From NCBI GenBank assembly GCA_025201805.1, contig MU619327.1:44462-93796 (forward strand): 49,335 bases of DNA, read 5' to 3'. The DNA is from Parasitella parasitica NRRL 2501 (Eukaryota > Fungi > Mucoromycota). Below the pieces are notes generated by a model. That model was not told the origin of the DNA, did no database searches, and worked only from the letters and a program-made list of their open reading frames with translations. Below are positions 31,157 through 43,833 of the stretch, one piece after another; position 1 is the stretch's first letter; each line of letters starts with the position of its first letter. The position numbers were made by a program, and so were the translations under genes.

Positions 31157-31391
31157 GAGACAGTGTCAAGATAATGCTATAACTTAATTTGATGCAGATG
31201 ATTATAACAGGCGTATATAATATCATCGAATCACCAATGTAATAAATAGGGTTTATTAATAGATTTAAAGTTGTTTGTTTTGCATTTTTTTCCTACGGAT
31301 CTCGTTTGATGAACCATAAAACCATGTTCTAGTATGGAGTATATCTTTATGAATTAATGTACACATGGCAATTATGAGAAGCCCCATCATA

Positions 31392-32135
31392 TCAGGAGAA
31401 TGACAGTGCTCCGAGTGGAATATCGTCATCATCGTCGCCTGTATGTTGCTGCTGTAGATGTACGAATTTATTTGATGTTTGTTGTCGCACCTGAGAACCA
31501 GGCTGAATGCGACAGTTTACATAAGCCGGTAGAATCTGAATATGCCGTTTTGTAGTCAAGGTATATACATTGGTAGACGAGCTAAAGGATGGACGCGGTT
31601 GTCTCTGAAAATGGCAAGGTGGGGTGTTTCTTGATCGTTTTGGACCAAATAGTGAACCGGGTTTATCAAGATTAAGAGGCATGCGCTTTGAAGGGGCAAT
31701 GTATCGATGGCTAGAACCACACATCTCTTGATAGTATATGAGCTTCTCCAAGCTGTCCCAAAACCTTCTGATATGGATTACATCGCCAAGACGGATCAGA
31801 TTGGAACGATGGTTGTTGGACCGAAGCTTCTGACAGGTGGCTCTATACAACGATGCCCTCTGCGAGCTTGTCGGAATCAGATTTGATGAGGTCAAAGAGA
31901 GATCAGGGCGCAATGGGTCATAGTAATTGCTACGGGATCGGATGTCTGTATCGCGAATGATTTTCGTATCAATCTGAAATAGGGTTTCTTTCTCAGGGGT
32001 AAATGTTGGCGAACGTGGTGAAGATGATGAAACCCAGAACTTGGCCCAGTTTACAAACTGAAGCAAGGAATTGGATGCAGTAGGATGAGTCAAACAAGAT
32101 GAACTGTGATAACGATGATGCTGGCTAACTAACAT
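31392..32135 (-). CDS. Hypothetical low-complexity protein (~247 aa, single exon)
   Basis: Long stop-free ORF, first ATG at 32135; S/P/R-rich; ends with DDDDDIPLGAL, a short motif common in fungal proteins. Confidence 0.7.
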   Translation of the reverse strand: MLVSQHHRYHSSSCLTHPTASNSLLQFVNWAKFWVSSSSPRSPTFTPEKETLFQIDTKIIRDTDIRSRSNYYDPLRPDLSLTSSNLIPTSSQRASLYRATCQKLRSNNHRSNLIRLGDVIHIRRFWDSLEKLIYYQEMCGSSHRYIAPSKRMPLNLDKPGSLFGPKRSRNTPPCHFQRQPRPSFSSSTNVYTLTTKRHIQILPAYVNCRIQPGSQVRQQTSNKFVHLQQQHTGDDDDDIPLGALSFS

Positions 32136-32663
32136 TGTATTAAGGATTGTCAAAGAAGAGAGAGAGAGAAAAAAAAAAGGGTTATTTGGTTGATTTATAG
32201 GTTTTTTTCATCCTTTGTGTTGTGGTATCTGAAAACAAAAAAGTTATTTCTGTACTTGTTGCAACACAATAGAAAATATAAAATGTGTCTTGTCTACAGA
32301 GTAGTTGTATTTATAGATTTGCTTCCTTAATGGTATTATAGATGTTTACTTGATAGAGTAGCTCATTAATGGAAAACAAGTGAAGCCATTTTTTTTTAAA
32401 TTTATAATTTGCCATTGTAGACAATGCTTTGCATTAATATCAAATAAAAATAATATATTGGGCCATTATATGATACTGCATATAAACCGTTGTTGGCTGT
32501 TGTGCACTGATACGCTTAACGTTTCCTCGGAGACGCTGATCTACCAGCTACATGTCAATGTCCTCCTCCAGCCACTTGGCAACAAGATGAGTTTGGAATG
32601 CCATCTTTGTATTTGTTGCAGCAAGCAAGTTTCACCCCAGTCGCATTTTTATTTCACTGAACC

Positions 32664-32991
32664 ATGTCGAAAGCAGCAAAGGCCACCTTGACAGCATCCA
32701 TAGCATTTTGTTGTGCCTCAGTATTTGGGGTTCATTACTTTCAGAATGAAGAAAAAGAGGTGAATGTAGGCTCAATAAGTTGACAAAACGTATATTTAAA
32801 TTTCTTTGGCTGCAAATACACAGAATCTTAGAGCAGGTGTGCTGCGTGATGATGAACGACGAAAGAAAAAGCAGCAGCAATCGCTCAACATGAGAGAGTT
32901 GAAAGAACAACAGGAACTACACGAAGCACTGCTAAGGACACAAGAAGTGACGAATTTACCATCTAGCGAGTCTATATCGGATGAAGACTGA
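32664..32991 (+). CDS. PET117: Cytochrome c oxidase assembly factor Pet117 (2 exons)
   Basis: Exons 32664-32759 and 32824-32991 give MSKAAKATLTASIAFCCASVFGVHYFQNEEKENLRAGVLRDDERR...N..EL.EQ..L, the Pet117 pattern (VH..Q..E...L..GV.RD.ER). Confidence 0.92.
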
Positions 32992-33164
32992 CACGACTAC
33001 TTGTTGGACATTTAAGCTTTCGTATTGATAAATAATAATAAAAAAAAAAAATACTAGAATTGCTATTATTGTTATTCATGAGCTAACCCAAAGTCAAGTA
33101 ATTGCATTTGTAGAAAAAGTACTGTAGTCAGTTTTATTTCATACAAAAAAGGAAGGGGCCTGGT

Positions 33165-33632
33165 TTAAGCACTTTCATCCTTCTGGAAGACATAGGTCAA
33201 ATGGCATTTACCACAGTATTGACGATCCTTGTGCTTGGCCATAAAGACACCAGCACCACAAGTGGCATTGGGGCATTCACGACGGAGACGAGTAATCTTA
33301 CCGGATTCATCGACCTTGTACATCTTCAAGATAGCCAACTTGACCTTGGTACGCTTGTGCTTGATCTTTTTGGGAGTAGTGTAAGTCTTCTTCTTTCTCT
33401 TCTTACCACCACCCAAGAGCTCAGCATTCAAGTTCAAGGTGTTGTTGTTGCCAATACCATAGGCAGAAAGCTCGCCATCGACAAGGGGCTTACCAGCAAA
33501 GGACAAGAGCTGGGCGTCGACAGGGAGACCTTCACGCTCTTGGATGATGGACTTGACAACAGCAACAGAGGAGCAGGAAGAGACATTGAGGGCAAGAGTG
33601 TTACCCTGGAGAGACTTGACAAAGACTTGCAT
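33165..33632 (-). CDS. RPS31: Ubiquitin-like domain - 40S ribosomal protein eS31 (S27a) fusion with a strongly divergent Ubl moiety
   Basis: C-terminal [18 protein letters not shown]...[33 protein letters not shown] is canonical eS31; the N-terminal 75 aa are ubiquitin-fold-like and end in LLGG. A probable 5'UTR intron lies at ~33701-33770. Confidence 0.95.
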   Translation of the reverse strand: MQVFVKSLQGNTLALNVSSCSSVAVVKSIIQEREGLPVDAQLLSFAGKPLVDGELSAYGIGNNNTLNLNAELLGGGKKRKKKTYTTPKKIKHKRTKVKLAILKMYKVDESGKITRLRRECPNATCGAGVFMAKHKDRQYCGKCHLTYVFQKDESA

Positions 33633-33983
33633 GTTCAAAATGGATTCAGATAACTCGATTATTTTTCAACAAATAACAATTGTAGTGCAGAAAAAGAATC
33701 TGTAACGGTTACAAACAGCATTGGATGAGATGTTGGCCCATAAAATTAGCAGCTGCGTCTAGTTACAAACCTTCCTCACTATCTGCGTATATGAAAACTG
33801 GGAAAGATCAAGAAGGATGCACCAGTTTTTGATGGATTATATCTCGCAAAAATTTTCACAGCATGTTTTAATTGGCCATTGCATGCGATGACATGGCTTA
33901 AACCCCATCACGTGTAGCGACAAACTCCTTTTAAAACAGTTGATAGTAGCAATAAACAGAAAGCGTTTGCCGTTTAGCAAAAG
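33633..33983. promoter_or_regulatory. Probable bidirectional promoter between RPS31 and the Rsc7-like gene
   Basis: Head-to-head start codons ~350 bp apart; contains CAAAAATTTTC (RRPE-like), ATTGG (CCAAT) and CACGTG. Confidence 0.5.
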
Positions 33984-35249
33984 ATGCCATCAGGTAAGCA
34001 GTAATTGGTACTAGCAAAGTCAAAAGAGCAGCAATGAACAGAATGCATGTGCCTATAGAATACGCGAGCAATGCACATCATAAAAGAGAGCAGACACCAA
34101 AAAGAAAGCGATCTAGAAGCAGAAGCGATGGCTTGGACGGCAAAGACGACCTTAATTATGTCGATGAGGATAGCGAGCTGTCTTCTGGCGATGACGCTTT
34201 GATTGCCAGTGATGTAGAAACTAATCACCACCACGAGTCATCAGGAGGGACGCAACATACTAGAAAGAGAGGCCGTCCAAAGACACACTCTACGAATGAG
34301 AGAGCAAGATCGCACGCAGCGACTCCTTCAGCAGCAGCATTAGCAGCAACATCCCAAAACTACATCCCACCTGCAAACCCCAGCGGCTACGTCAGTGATC
34401 ATGATGAATCTGGGGAAACAAAAGTGGACAAGTTTGGCAGACTGTTAGGAGGTATAGGCCTAGATCAGAGAATGGTTATTTATTGCTAAGACATTTCATC
34501 AAACAGGCCGTGAATACCGTGTTCCAACATTTACACTGCCAACAAGAGACAATACGCTATTCATGTTCTCAAAGGATCCTGCAGCTTTGCTAGGGTTCCG
34601 TGATAGCTTTGTGTTTCTCAAGAAAAACGTCAAGCTTATCAAAGTGCATATTGATAACGTCGAAAAAGGCTTTCTGGTTGATTCCAATATGCTGAGATCC
34701 ACCTTTCGTACTCGTGAAATTTCAGTCGTAACAGCCCGTTCCGTCTACAAACAATTTGGCCATCGCATTGTACGCAAAGGGCGTAAAGGCAGAGACGATT
34801 ACTACTACACGGAAGAAGTAGACGATGAAGAGGAATTGCAGTCTGAGGAAGAGCCCATCTCCAAGGAGTCGGCTGACAGACCTACACCATTACTGTCTTT
34901 GACTGAAATTGGAAGAAACAACCTAGCCCACAAACCAACAGCGCACGATGCAAACGTCACCCAGTTGAACTATCTACATAACGCTGCTGTTTCAGCAAGA
35001 CAGTTCAACACATCTTTATTTGCATATCGTCGTGCTAATCCGACCAACTACGACCTATTGACTAATGTCTATCAAATACCGGCAAATCGACAAACTCTTA
35101 GAGACACCGGTGTGATGATGCCAATAGAAAAGAAGGACGCAGCTACGACTGAAGAAAATACCCTCGAAAATGTTGGCAATAGTGGCTTGATGGATGTAGA
35201 CGCTATGTTTGGACAACATCATCAGTTGCTATCACAGCAACATGTATAG
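33984..35249 (+). CDS. Chromatin-remodelling complex subunit, Rsc7/Swp82 (Npl6)-like, with AT-hook
   Basis: Exon 1 MPS (33984-33993), intron to 34058, second intron about 34452-34506. D..GETKVDKFGRLLGGREYRVPTF...LFMFSKDPAALLGFRDS...VVTARSVYKQFGHRIVRKGR...DDYY matches the Rsc7/Swp82 domain; RKRGRPK AT-hook. Confidence 0.88.
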
Positions 35250-35306
35250 TTTTTTTTTTTTCTATTTTTATTAAAGCTTGGTGGTAATTCTAATGCATGC
35301 ATGTGT

Positions 35307-36131
35307 TTACAACCCTAATGTCTTTCTGGCATTTTCTTCCACGATTTGGTTGTAACGTTCGCGATCTGTTCTCCAAATTTTCTAAAGCACACTGTAAGAC
35401 TACATACTACAGATCAGATTATTCGAAATGAGCAACTTACGCAGGCATCGATATTTGCGCCGCTCTCGTCGTTTGGCTCTAAGTGTATGTATATACGCAA
35501 AATTTCACTCAATCAGTACTTGCGCTAGCACCCCATGCCGCTATCCCAATTTACCTGCCAACATGCTAACTACACTCAACAAGATCTTTTCAACGCTCTG
35601 AACAGGACTCCATCTTTCTGAACTACTTTCATACATATTGGGATCATCGCCAGGAGGATGCAAAATAGAGATACAGACAGTTCCATTCTGGTATACGTTG
35701 GGGTGAAAGAACTCGCAAGTGAATCGCATTGTAGGCGGGCTCAGTGGATAGTCTTTGGGAAAAGTAAGTGTGGCAGGGAACAGGCCTCCTTCGAAAGGGG
35801 TGCCTTCAGGTCCACTACCAAAGGGAAACCTTGATAAATATCAGCACAACAAAACTCGTTAGTGTCCCACTCACGCAATAAGGGCCTCCCATTCAAAGAA
35901 ATTGTTTTCGTCAACAGGACCTAAAGGAACATAAACTATTTTGGCCGATGGTTTGTCCAGAGCTAGCTACAAACCTGCAGTAATCCCCTCGGGTGCGTTC
36001 AACGTCAACTCTAAAATTTTCAAATGAATGCTTGGTTCTCACAAATATGATACTTTACTTGGATCAGTACCTCTATATTCCGTCATAAGGCGCTTCAAAG
36101 CCGTAGAGCCTGCATTTCTATTAGCATACAT
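35307..36131 (-). CDS. UBC7: Ubiquitin-conjugating enzyme E2 Ubc7/UBE2G2 (6 exons)
   Basis: Spliced [48 protein letters not shown]...[63 protein letters not shown]; the acidic loop insertion is typical of Ubc7. Confidence 0.96.
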
Positions 36132-37273
36132 TTTACTTTTGTACAGTGTGTCGCGTTGAAAAATAGAGAGATTAAAGAGGTGAAAAAGATGAAAAAGGCC
36201 ACAAGAATTTTCACCGGACTACGGCCAATATCGCAGTTCTCGGCTGATCTTGGTGGTATCCTATTAAACCCCATTTTTGCTCGTTATCGCGAATTGTGCG
36301 CCATAAATCAAATGACATGTCTGACATGCAAAAGATTAGTTTGCCAGCTCTCCTAGCCAAAGAAATCGGGAATTTGATGCATGATAGAGACGCAAGGGTA
36401 AATGCCCATTTAATACAGTTGGTAATCTATACTATGCATCTCAATACAAGGCTTCACTATGTATTTATACCGTCTTGCAAAACTTTGACATTATCGAGGA
36501 ATTAGCCCGCAATTTCGCTTGTAAAACAGGAGGGCAAGCAGGAACTTACTGCCGAGTGGTGCCATTACCTATCTATACACTCTATTCTTTTCTAGTAGGT
36601 AAATTACTAATTCAATTTATCAAATTTTAGGGGCACAATCTAGTCTCCACCGCTTTGCGAGGCTGTCTACAAGTTTAAACATTTCCCTTGTCCACTTAAT
36701 TATGTTAATAGAATCGTTGCCATTCTATGACCTAGCAACGCAACATTTCATCATTATTCAGTATAATAAAGAATTTCGATTGATCAAAAGAGCTTGTAGA
36801 TGACATCCAGATCACACTGTGCGGGACATTCTTCACCTTATTCTGAAACTTCAAGATTGCTATCAACTTAATACCAAGTGCGTTATACATATTTGTTGCG
36901 CTCTCTTTTTTTTTTTTTTTTTTTTCATATCTTGGCTGTGCCGTGCTTCGAGTTCACTATCTATATGAACTTCAATGGCAAAATTTTCTATGCAAGACTG
37001 ATGCTGTTGTTTGGGGTCAGCTTGAGCCTTATGTTTTCTTTTTTGCTCTAACATGGTGCATAAAGTCAACATCCACGGTTTCAAAACTGGGTTTTTTTTT
37101 CCCATTCTTTCCATGTAGGACAAGCCACTAGTATATGTTGCTCTTTTTGGAGTTAAAGAGGAGGGGAGGGTGGTTTAAAACTCTCATTATAGCTCCAAAA
37201 CTATTGACTTTTTTTTTTTTCGTTTTTTTCAAATTATTAACAAAAAAAAAAAATAAAGCAAAAACAAAAAGAA

Positions 37274-37930
37274 ATGGGAATCTTTGGTGGATCAAGCATT
37301 AATCAAGACACTGCAAGCACATTAGATGATGTTTATTCTCCATCTGCAAGCTTATCATCGGAAGAGAATTTTGGAGACAATAGCTATGAAAAAATCCCAG
37401 ATTTCATGGCAAGTGTCACTTATGATGCTAATCGACTCCAGCCTGCAGCATTGCAAGGCGGCCTCGATTTCTTACAAATTGAAGGAGAAGGAACAGGTAG
37501 CAGTATGGGCGGTGGGTCTCTTGCTCCCTCAAGAGGCTGGTCCGACGATTTATGTTATGGCACTGGCACAACCTATTTAGCTGGCCTGACACTGGGTGGC
37601 GCTTTTGGTATGGCAGAGGGATTGAAAAAGAGTGCTGGTGCTCCCAACATGAAGGTACGTCTCAACACAACGTTGAATTCTGTCACTCGTCGAGGCCCTG
37701 GTATTGGCAACTCTTTGGGTGTCATTGCAATGGTTTATAACGGTACAACCGCTTTGATCGATGCTCAACGTGGACAGCACGATGTCTTCAATAGTTTGGC
37801 TGGTGGTGCTATATCTGGAGCCATATTTAAATCAACTGCTGGCCCTCGCGCTGCCTTGGTTTCTGCTGGTGTCTGTGCCAGCGTCGCTGGTGCATGGTCT
37901 CTACTGGTATCCACTTTTAGCAGCAATTAA
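37274..37930 (+). CDS. TIM23: Mitochondrial inner-membrane translocase subunit Tim23
   Basis: PSRGWSDDLCYGTGTTYLAGL...LNSVTRRGPGIGNSLGV...RGQHDVFNSLAGGAISGAIFKST, Tim23 signatures; single exon. Confidence 0.96.
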   Translation: MGIFGGSSINQDTASTLDDVYSPSASLSSEENFGDNSYEKIPDFMASVTYDANRLQPAALQGGLDFLQIEGEGTGSSMGGGSLAPSRGWSDDLCYGTGTTYLAGLTLGGAFGMAEGLKKSAGAPNMKVRLNTTLNSVTRRGPGIGNSLGVIAMVYNGTTALIDAQRGQHDVFNSLAGGAISGAIFKSTAGPRAALVSAGVCASVAGAWSLLVSTFSSN

Positions 37931-38114
37931 CTCCAGCTATACACATACCTTTTCAATTAACACAACAACAAAAAACCACCCTTCTTCACTGTATGATATT
38001 CAATTTAACATATAGATTATTCAGTTATATTTTCTTTTTTTTTGTACAATACACATGGGTTCCTATTCACGAATAGAGGAAAAATCCAAAAAATTTGTTT
38101 TATTTTTAGAGTCG

Positions 38115-39333
38115 TTACTCTTCATCAGTAAATCCGTCAGAGACACTAGCAGAGTCGTAAAAGTAATCATTCGAGTCTACCTCTTGCTGCTGTTCCTGTA
38201 AGAGTTGTTCATGCACTTCTTGTTCCAAAGGAGGCGCTGCATTATCTTGTCCATTGAGCATACGCATTCGATCCTCCATTGTAATCTCTCTCACAAGATA
38301 TCCTTCTGAATCACGACGAACCAACTTTGGCCCCTCATTTGCCTGTTCTTGCTCGATTCGATCAATCAAAGATGGCCCTAGCTCCTTGGGATCTCGAGGT
38401 GGCCAGCTATAGGGTATCAGCGGATCTAAACTTTGGTAAACATCTGCATATATTCACTAAAACAACCATGTGTATGTATACCCGTGTTTGGTTTCACTGA
38501 ATACTTTAAGCCATCTCCTTTCGAAGGGGACGGCCATGCCCATAATAATGGGTTGTCGCCGAGCACCGCGCAAATGTTCTTATAGAATCCAACGTCAAAA
38601 GGGAAGCTAACCTATTTGCACGCGTGTTTACAGATAAAGACTTTGGCTTAATCCGGCTCGCCTCTCGCAGTATACTTACAGGTTCAATCTGTCTTCTATT
38701 AATCAACCGTTTTGTCTTGGTTCTCTCCCATCCCTCAATGGTCGTTTGGCCTTTGAAAAGGCAATATGTATGGTATACAGCTAAAACGCCAACAGCAAGG
38801 ACGACGACAACTATCAGCATGATATCAATCACAATCATCACTACTTCAGATATGCCTGGTTTTGCTTCGATCTAAACAATGCAGTAAATTAAATCTCTTG
38901 ACATACAACACACACATACACACACACACACACAAATATGTACCCATGGATTATTCCAAGCATCCAAAATTCTTTGCAATCTCCACAATAATAAATAACA
39001 GCCATACGAGCAGCAACCGATGACTGAATAGACAAAACGCACAAAGTGGCTATAATTCCCAAAGCCCACACAGTTGCCAATCCACGGGCAATGATGATCC
39101 ATTCGCAATACGCATTTTCCGCAATGCTTGCAATGATGCGCACGCGGCGGCTTATAAGTATCACATTTCTTGCAGAAACGCGGTCCAGTAATGCCTACTT
39201 TCAACACTGCGTCTTCATCTGGGTTGAGGATCGAATGTGGTGGTTCCTAACAGTTTCCACAAGTCTTTTTTGTTAGTCATATGGTATCCATTTCAGCGGT
39301 TTTATATATATGTATACATATATATTAGTTTTT

Positions 39334-39404
<71 letters not shown>

Positions 39405-39633
39405 ATCCCTCTGGAGTTGTCCCAGGATCTGTTGTGCATGCTAGATAATAGTTGACGTACAATGAAATAAGCAGTATGTTCATGGGAGAGAGGATTTTTT
39501 GAGCTCGGAAGCTTGTCCAGCCTCCCAGGGCAGGGCCCAGAATGTAGAAGTTTGTTGTTGCTTGCAGATAGGTGATGAAGATTGTGACGAATGCCACGAT
39601 CAGCTTCTCGGGAATGGCTTCTAAAATCGCCAT
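38115..39633 (-). CDS. PFA4: DHHC palmitoyltransferase Pfa4-like (5 exons)
   Basis: TDPG; [37 protein letters not shown]; TTIEGWE; FPFDVG; GDGL; WPPRDP; RRDSEGY. Introns GT-AG. Confidence 0.9.
39336..39400. repeat. 65-nt poly(T) (poly(A) on the sense strand) in PFA4 intron 1
   Basis: Direct count; starts immediately after the GT donor. Confidence 0.9.
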
Positions 39634-39886
39634 ATAGTGTATCTATTATATATTTACAAAAAGAAAGAGAGCTTTTGTGCAATAAATGCTCCCCAAAAAA
39701 AAAAATTTTTAGTGGCCGGTCCGTTGCGAGTGAGAATACTAACGCCCTCAAGTCGTTTTATTAAAGTAAGCACCAAAGAAGTAGAGGTTTCTGGCTGAAT
39801 CAAAAGTATATATTTTTCATTTATTTATTTATTTATACACCATGGGCAAGATAATTTCCTTAATTGTTCACAAAATGCCAGCCCAA

Positions 39887-42800
39887 TTACAGGGCTTGTT
39901 GCAGTTTATATAAAATACCTTGGCAGAGAGATGCAGAACACAAAAGGCCATGCTGGAAAGAAACAGCACTGGGCTCTGTCTTTTGATCCGACACACCCCA
40001 ACGATCAACGTGCCCTGCTTCGGATGAGAATATCCAAGTTTCCAGAGACTCTAATAAGTCAGCAAACTGCTCAAATGGAGTAAACTTGAATTGCTGTGCG
40101 ACCTTAATCGGCTTCATGTCCTCAGACGATGGCTCTACTGGCTGCTGTTGTGGTAGTTGGACTAGATAAGGTTGGGGGGTAATGAATGTATCAGCAGATG
40201 TGGCGCGAGAAGAGTAAAATAAATGATGGTATGCTGCATCGGATACACAAATGGTTGCTCTGTCTGTAAACCGAATATCAATTGCGTGCATGGAAGAGAA
40301 CATAACGCGCACTGAATCATACGCACGTGGTATAATCGATATTTTGCCAATCTCGCCCTTTTGAGCACATTCAACTTCCAAACGCTCAAGACAAGCCATT
40401 AGGGGCAAAGTCTGGAATAAAATCTGGGGGGGAGGGGGGGGGGAAAGAGAACCGCTAGTATCCATATTCACTAAAGCTTAGAAAGCTGTCCCTACTTACT
40501 TGCACAAAGTGTATCAGGTCTTTCTTTTCGTTCAAAACGTCTCTCAAAAAACTAGCGATTCGCCAATGCGGATTGCGTGAATTCAAAGTTGGAAGTGTTG
40601 TTGGTTTAGTCTTAGCCGTGTCGTCCGCTGTGTCAAGCTCGATATTATATTGTCGTGGATGTCCTACACCGGTAGAGGACCATTTGATTTTACATTTTAA
40701 GTCCTGCAAAAACGCATTAATTCTGATAGATCAGAGTAATGTCTTGATAAAAGGTGACCTACTTTGGCATAGGAAAAGGATAATTCCTGCAGATTGGTTG
40801 GGTTGAACGATAGCTCTTCTTTGTATTTCTTGAACCAGACAGATGCCACTAAATAAAGACGATGTCTGCTCAGTATACCAACCCAAACGTAACCTGCCAG
40901 TCTACTCACTTTGTCGGGTTAAGTTTGCCATCATAAAAAGCCTTTCCCAATCCATCAAAAACTTATCAATGCAAGTGTCAATGTTGGGATATGTGAAAGA
41001 GAGAACATTGGTTGCTTTGTCCAGAGAAATATGGTCGTCTAAACCACTTTCTTGAAGCTGCAAATGTTTCCAATCAAACTTGTCCTGCACAACTACATAG
41101 CAATCACCACGCCCACAATCCCACCAGCCAAAGGAACGGATCAGTACGTCATTTTTCATCGATGGTAAAAGCTTTTCAATCCAGGAAATAGTTTCTAATG
41201 GCTTCTCTAGTTTAGTGCCATCATCAGCAAAATAATATGCGCATGTTTTGAGGAGATCTCTTTGCGGTACACAAACAACTTCCATTTTGTCGGCAGCAGG
41301 GTGATTCATCACCTGGGTTTCCGTACTAGATAGTGATTGCAAAAGTGGTCGCATGTGGTATTTTAAAGAACCCTTGAACGCCTGCAGCTGTAATTCAATC
41401 ATTCGATTGGTAATATACGCTCTGCATAATGAGTCCAATTTTGCCAAAAATCGCAAATCAATGGAGAGGCTGAAGAGATGATTAATTGGGCAAACAAAAC
41501 TGCCTCACTTTTGATATCTTACTTGTCAACTTTGGCCAAGGAAATAGATTCGCCCTCCTCCTTGCGTACGGACATTCTTCTTCGCCTCTTTATATCTTCT
41601 TTTGTTGATGGATTGTCTTTTTCATCAGCGTCTATCTTTCTTTTATGTGTGTTTGCTGCTGAGGCGTCGTCTATATTTTTATTAGTTGATTTTTCGATAA
41701 ATTGATCCTTCCAAACTTGATTGCAATCGAAATGCGCCAAATCCACGATAGCTTGATAGAGACCATTTTGATCATAGGTTTTACTACAAGAGAAAAACAG
41801 TTAGTTTTCCAAAGCTCCCCCCCCCTCGTCCTCGACACGCAGCTTGCGAATCATACTTTATACAACAAAGCCATGCTTTGAACTTGTTTCTAACGGTTGC
41901 AATCACAAAATACCAATCTTCGAATTGTGAAAATTGAAGAAACATGCAATGCGATGGATATTTTGTGTTGTTTGCCGTTGTTATTGTTGCTGTTGCAGAG
42001 TCCATGAGGACATCGCCGAACAATTTTTGCAAATCCTCTGAGCGAAGATTCATTTGTGATGGGTGATATGGTTGCAAGTTGAGTTGCTTGGCAAGTGAAA
42101 TCACCTCTCGAACAACTACTTCCGATCGTAACCACAACAAGTGTCGAGCAATATCTTCTGGATCGTTGTTGAGCCTTTCCTCTAAACCTCTCAATTTGAC
42201 TACACAAATTTAGTTGGTAATCCACGAAATATTAAAATAAATAATACTTACAGTCGCCTTCACTGCAGCCATCACCTGCCTCAGATGCTTTCACTCTACC
42301 AGTACGGGCATCGCATTCAATGCTAATGTATCTTTGATGACGATAACGCACAACTAATGACGGCAGCTTGTTTTCTGTTGTTCCCAAAAAAAAAAAAATT
42401 TAGCTCTCTTGACAAAATGCAATTCAAGTATCATAAAAAAATACCATCTTCAACTGATGATGATTGCAAACTATCTAGTGTATCATCATCAGCTAGTTGC
42501 AGCCCATTTTCTTCCAGGAATTTCTTTTGCGAGGTCAATAACTCTCGGAACTTGTCAATAATACATTTGCCGTGGTAATTTGTTACGTGCAAAACTAACC
42601 GTTCAAGGTTTAAATTCGACGAATCAAGCAATTTCTTTTCGGTATGAAGGTTTGAGCTGTCGTCCCAGAGAACGCCCAGATAGTTTTTTGGGTATTTCAA
42701 AGACGATAACACTCTTGGCTGATCAGTTGCAGTTAGATCTGATAAAGAAATGGATGCACCAATGCCAGCTTTTTGAATCAATCCTTTTAATTCATCACGT

Positions 42801-43759
42801 ACTGCCGCCGCCACATTCTCGGGTTGTGGTTGCTGATCTGGATAGCCGACACATATTTCGACCACTGTACTTTTAATGGTCTTCGAATTAGCTTGTGGGC
42901 GAGCCCAATGAGCAGCAGGTGATCCACCTCGCCAGTAAACTACAGTGAGTTTTGTTCTTTCTTGGTTCATTTGCACTTTTAGCTGATTCATCCATCGTGT
43001 TTTTGCAAGCATGGCCGCTTGAATATATAGAATTTCAAGTTGCATATTGAGACAGCAAAGGTGAAGGTAATCGTACATGTTGACAAGAGGGAAGAAGAGT
43101 TTTGTAGGTTCGTCAGTATTAGGTGGCACAAGTTGCTTTTGCGCATTAACGCGAAGATGTTGTTTTTGATTGTCATTCAAGGTTATGTCGACATCCTCTG
43201 AGGCTCCACGAACTGAGGTTGCCTGAACAAACACATCCAGCGAAACAATCCACCATCTTCTGTCGTTACTGTGACCCATCAATGTCAATGCAACTTCGAA
43301 CTCGTTTTTTATCGAAAAGTAAATCCTGCCATTTTCTATCTCCCAATGTGAGTATACGAGCGTACTCCTTTTGTAAAAAGTGGGGGTTATAGTTACCAAT
43401 TCGATATTTTCGCATTGGAGACGGCAAAACCTCAGTAGTTATCATTCGCATCCTAATCACATCGTTCATATTATGGAATGTCTCTAGCACTTCTTCATCC
43501 GTTAGTGGCGTAGGTGTCAACATGTCCTAGAGAATTGCCAGAAAATACATCAGTCAGTCGCTCAATTTATCAGACAAACAATCCTTTACTTTGATTTTTG
43601 TGGGCATGCGCTGATAGGTCCCTGTTGTCAAAATATCAACAGCCGTTGGTATATCGAAATTTCGTAATCTAGCTGCTGGTAATTCAGTATAAATTTTGTG
43701 AAGAAAGTCGACAGTGGACGTAAATATTTGGTTTTGATTTGCTAAAAATGCCATGATAT

Positions 43760-43833
<74 letters not shown>

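Noticed and set aside
33201-33653. 150-aa antisense ORF over RPS31, and similar shadows over SET2, the Est1-like gene and TVP38
   Set aside because: Antisense open frames are expected from biased codon usage and low-complexity sequence; no independent gene signals.
39325-39751. Poly-lysine ORFs here and at 43684-43992
   Set aside because: Artefacts of translating intronic poly(A) runs.
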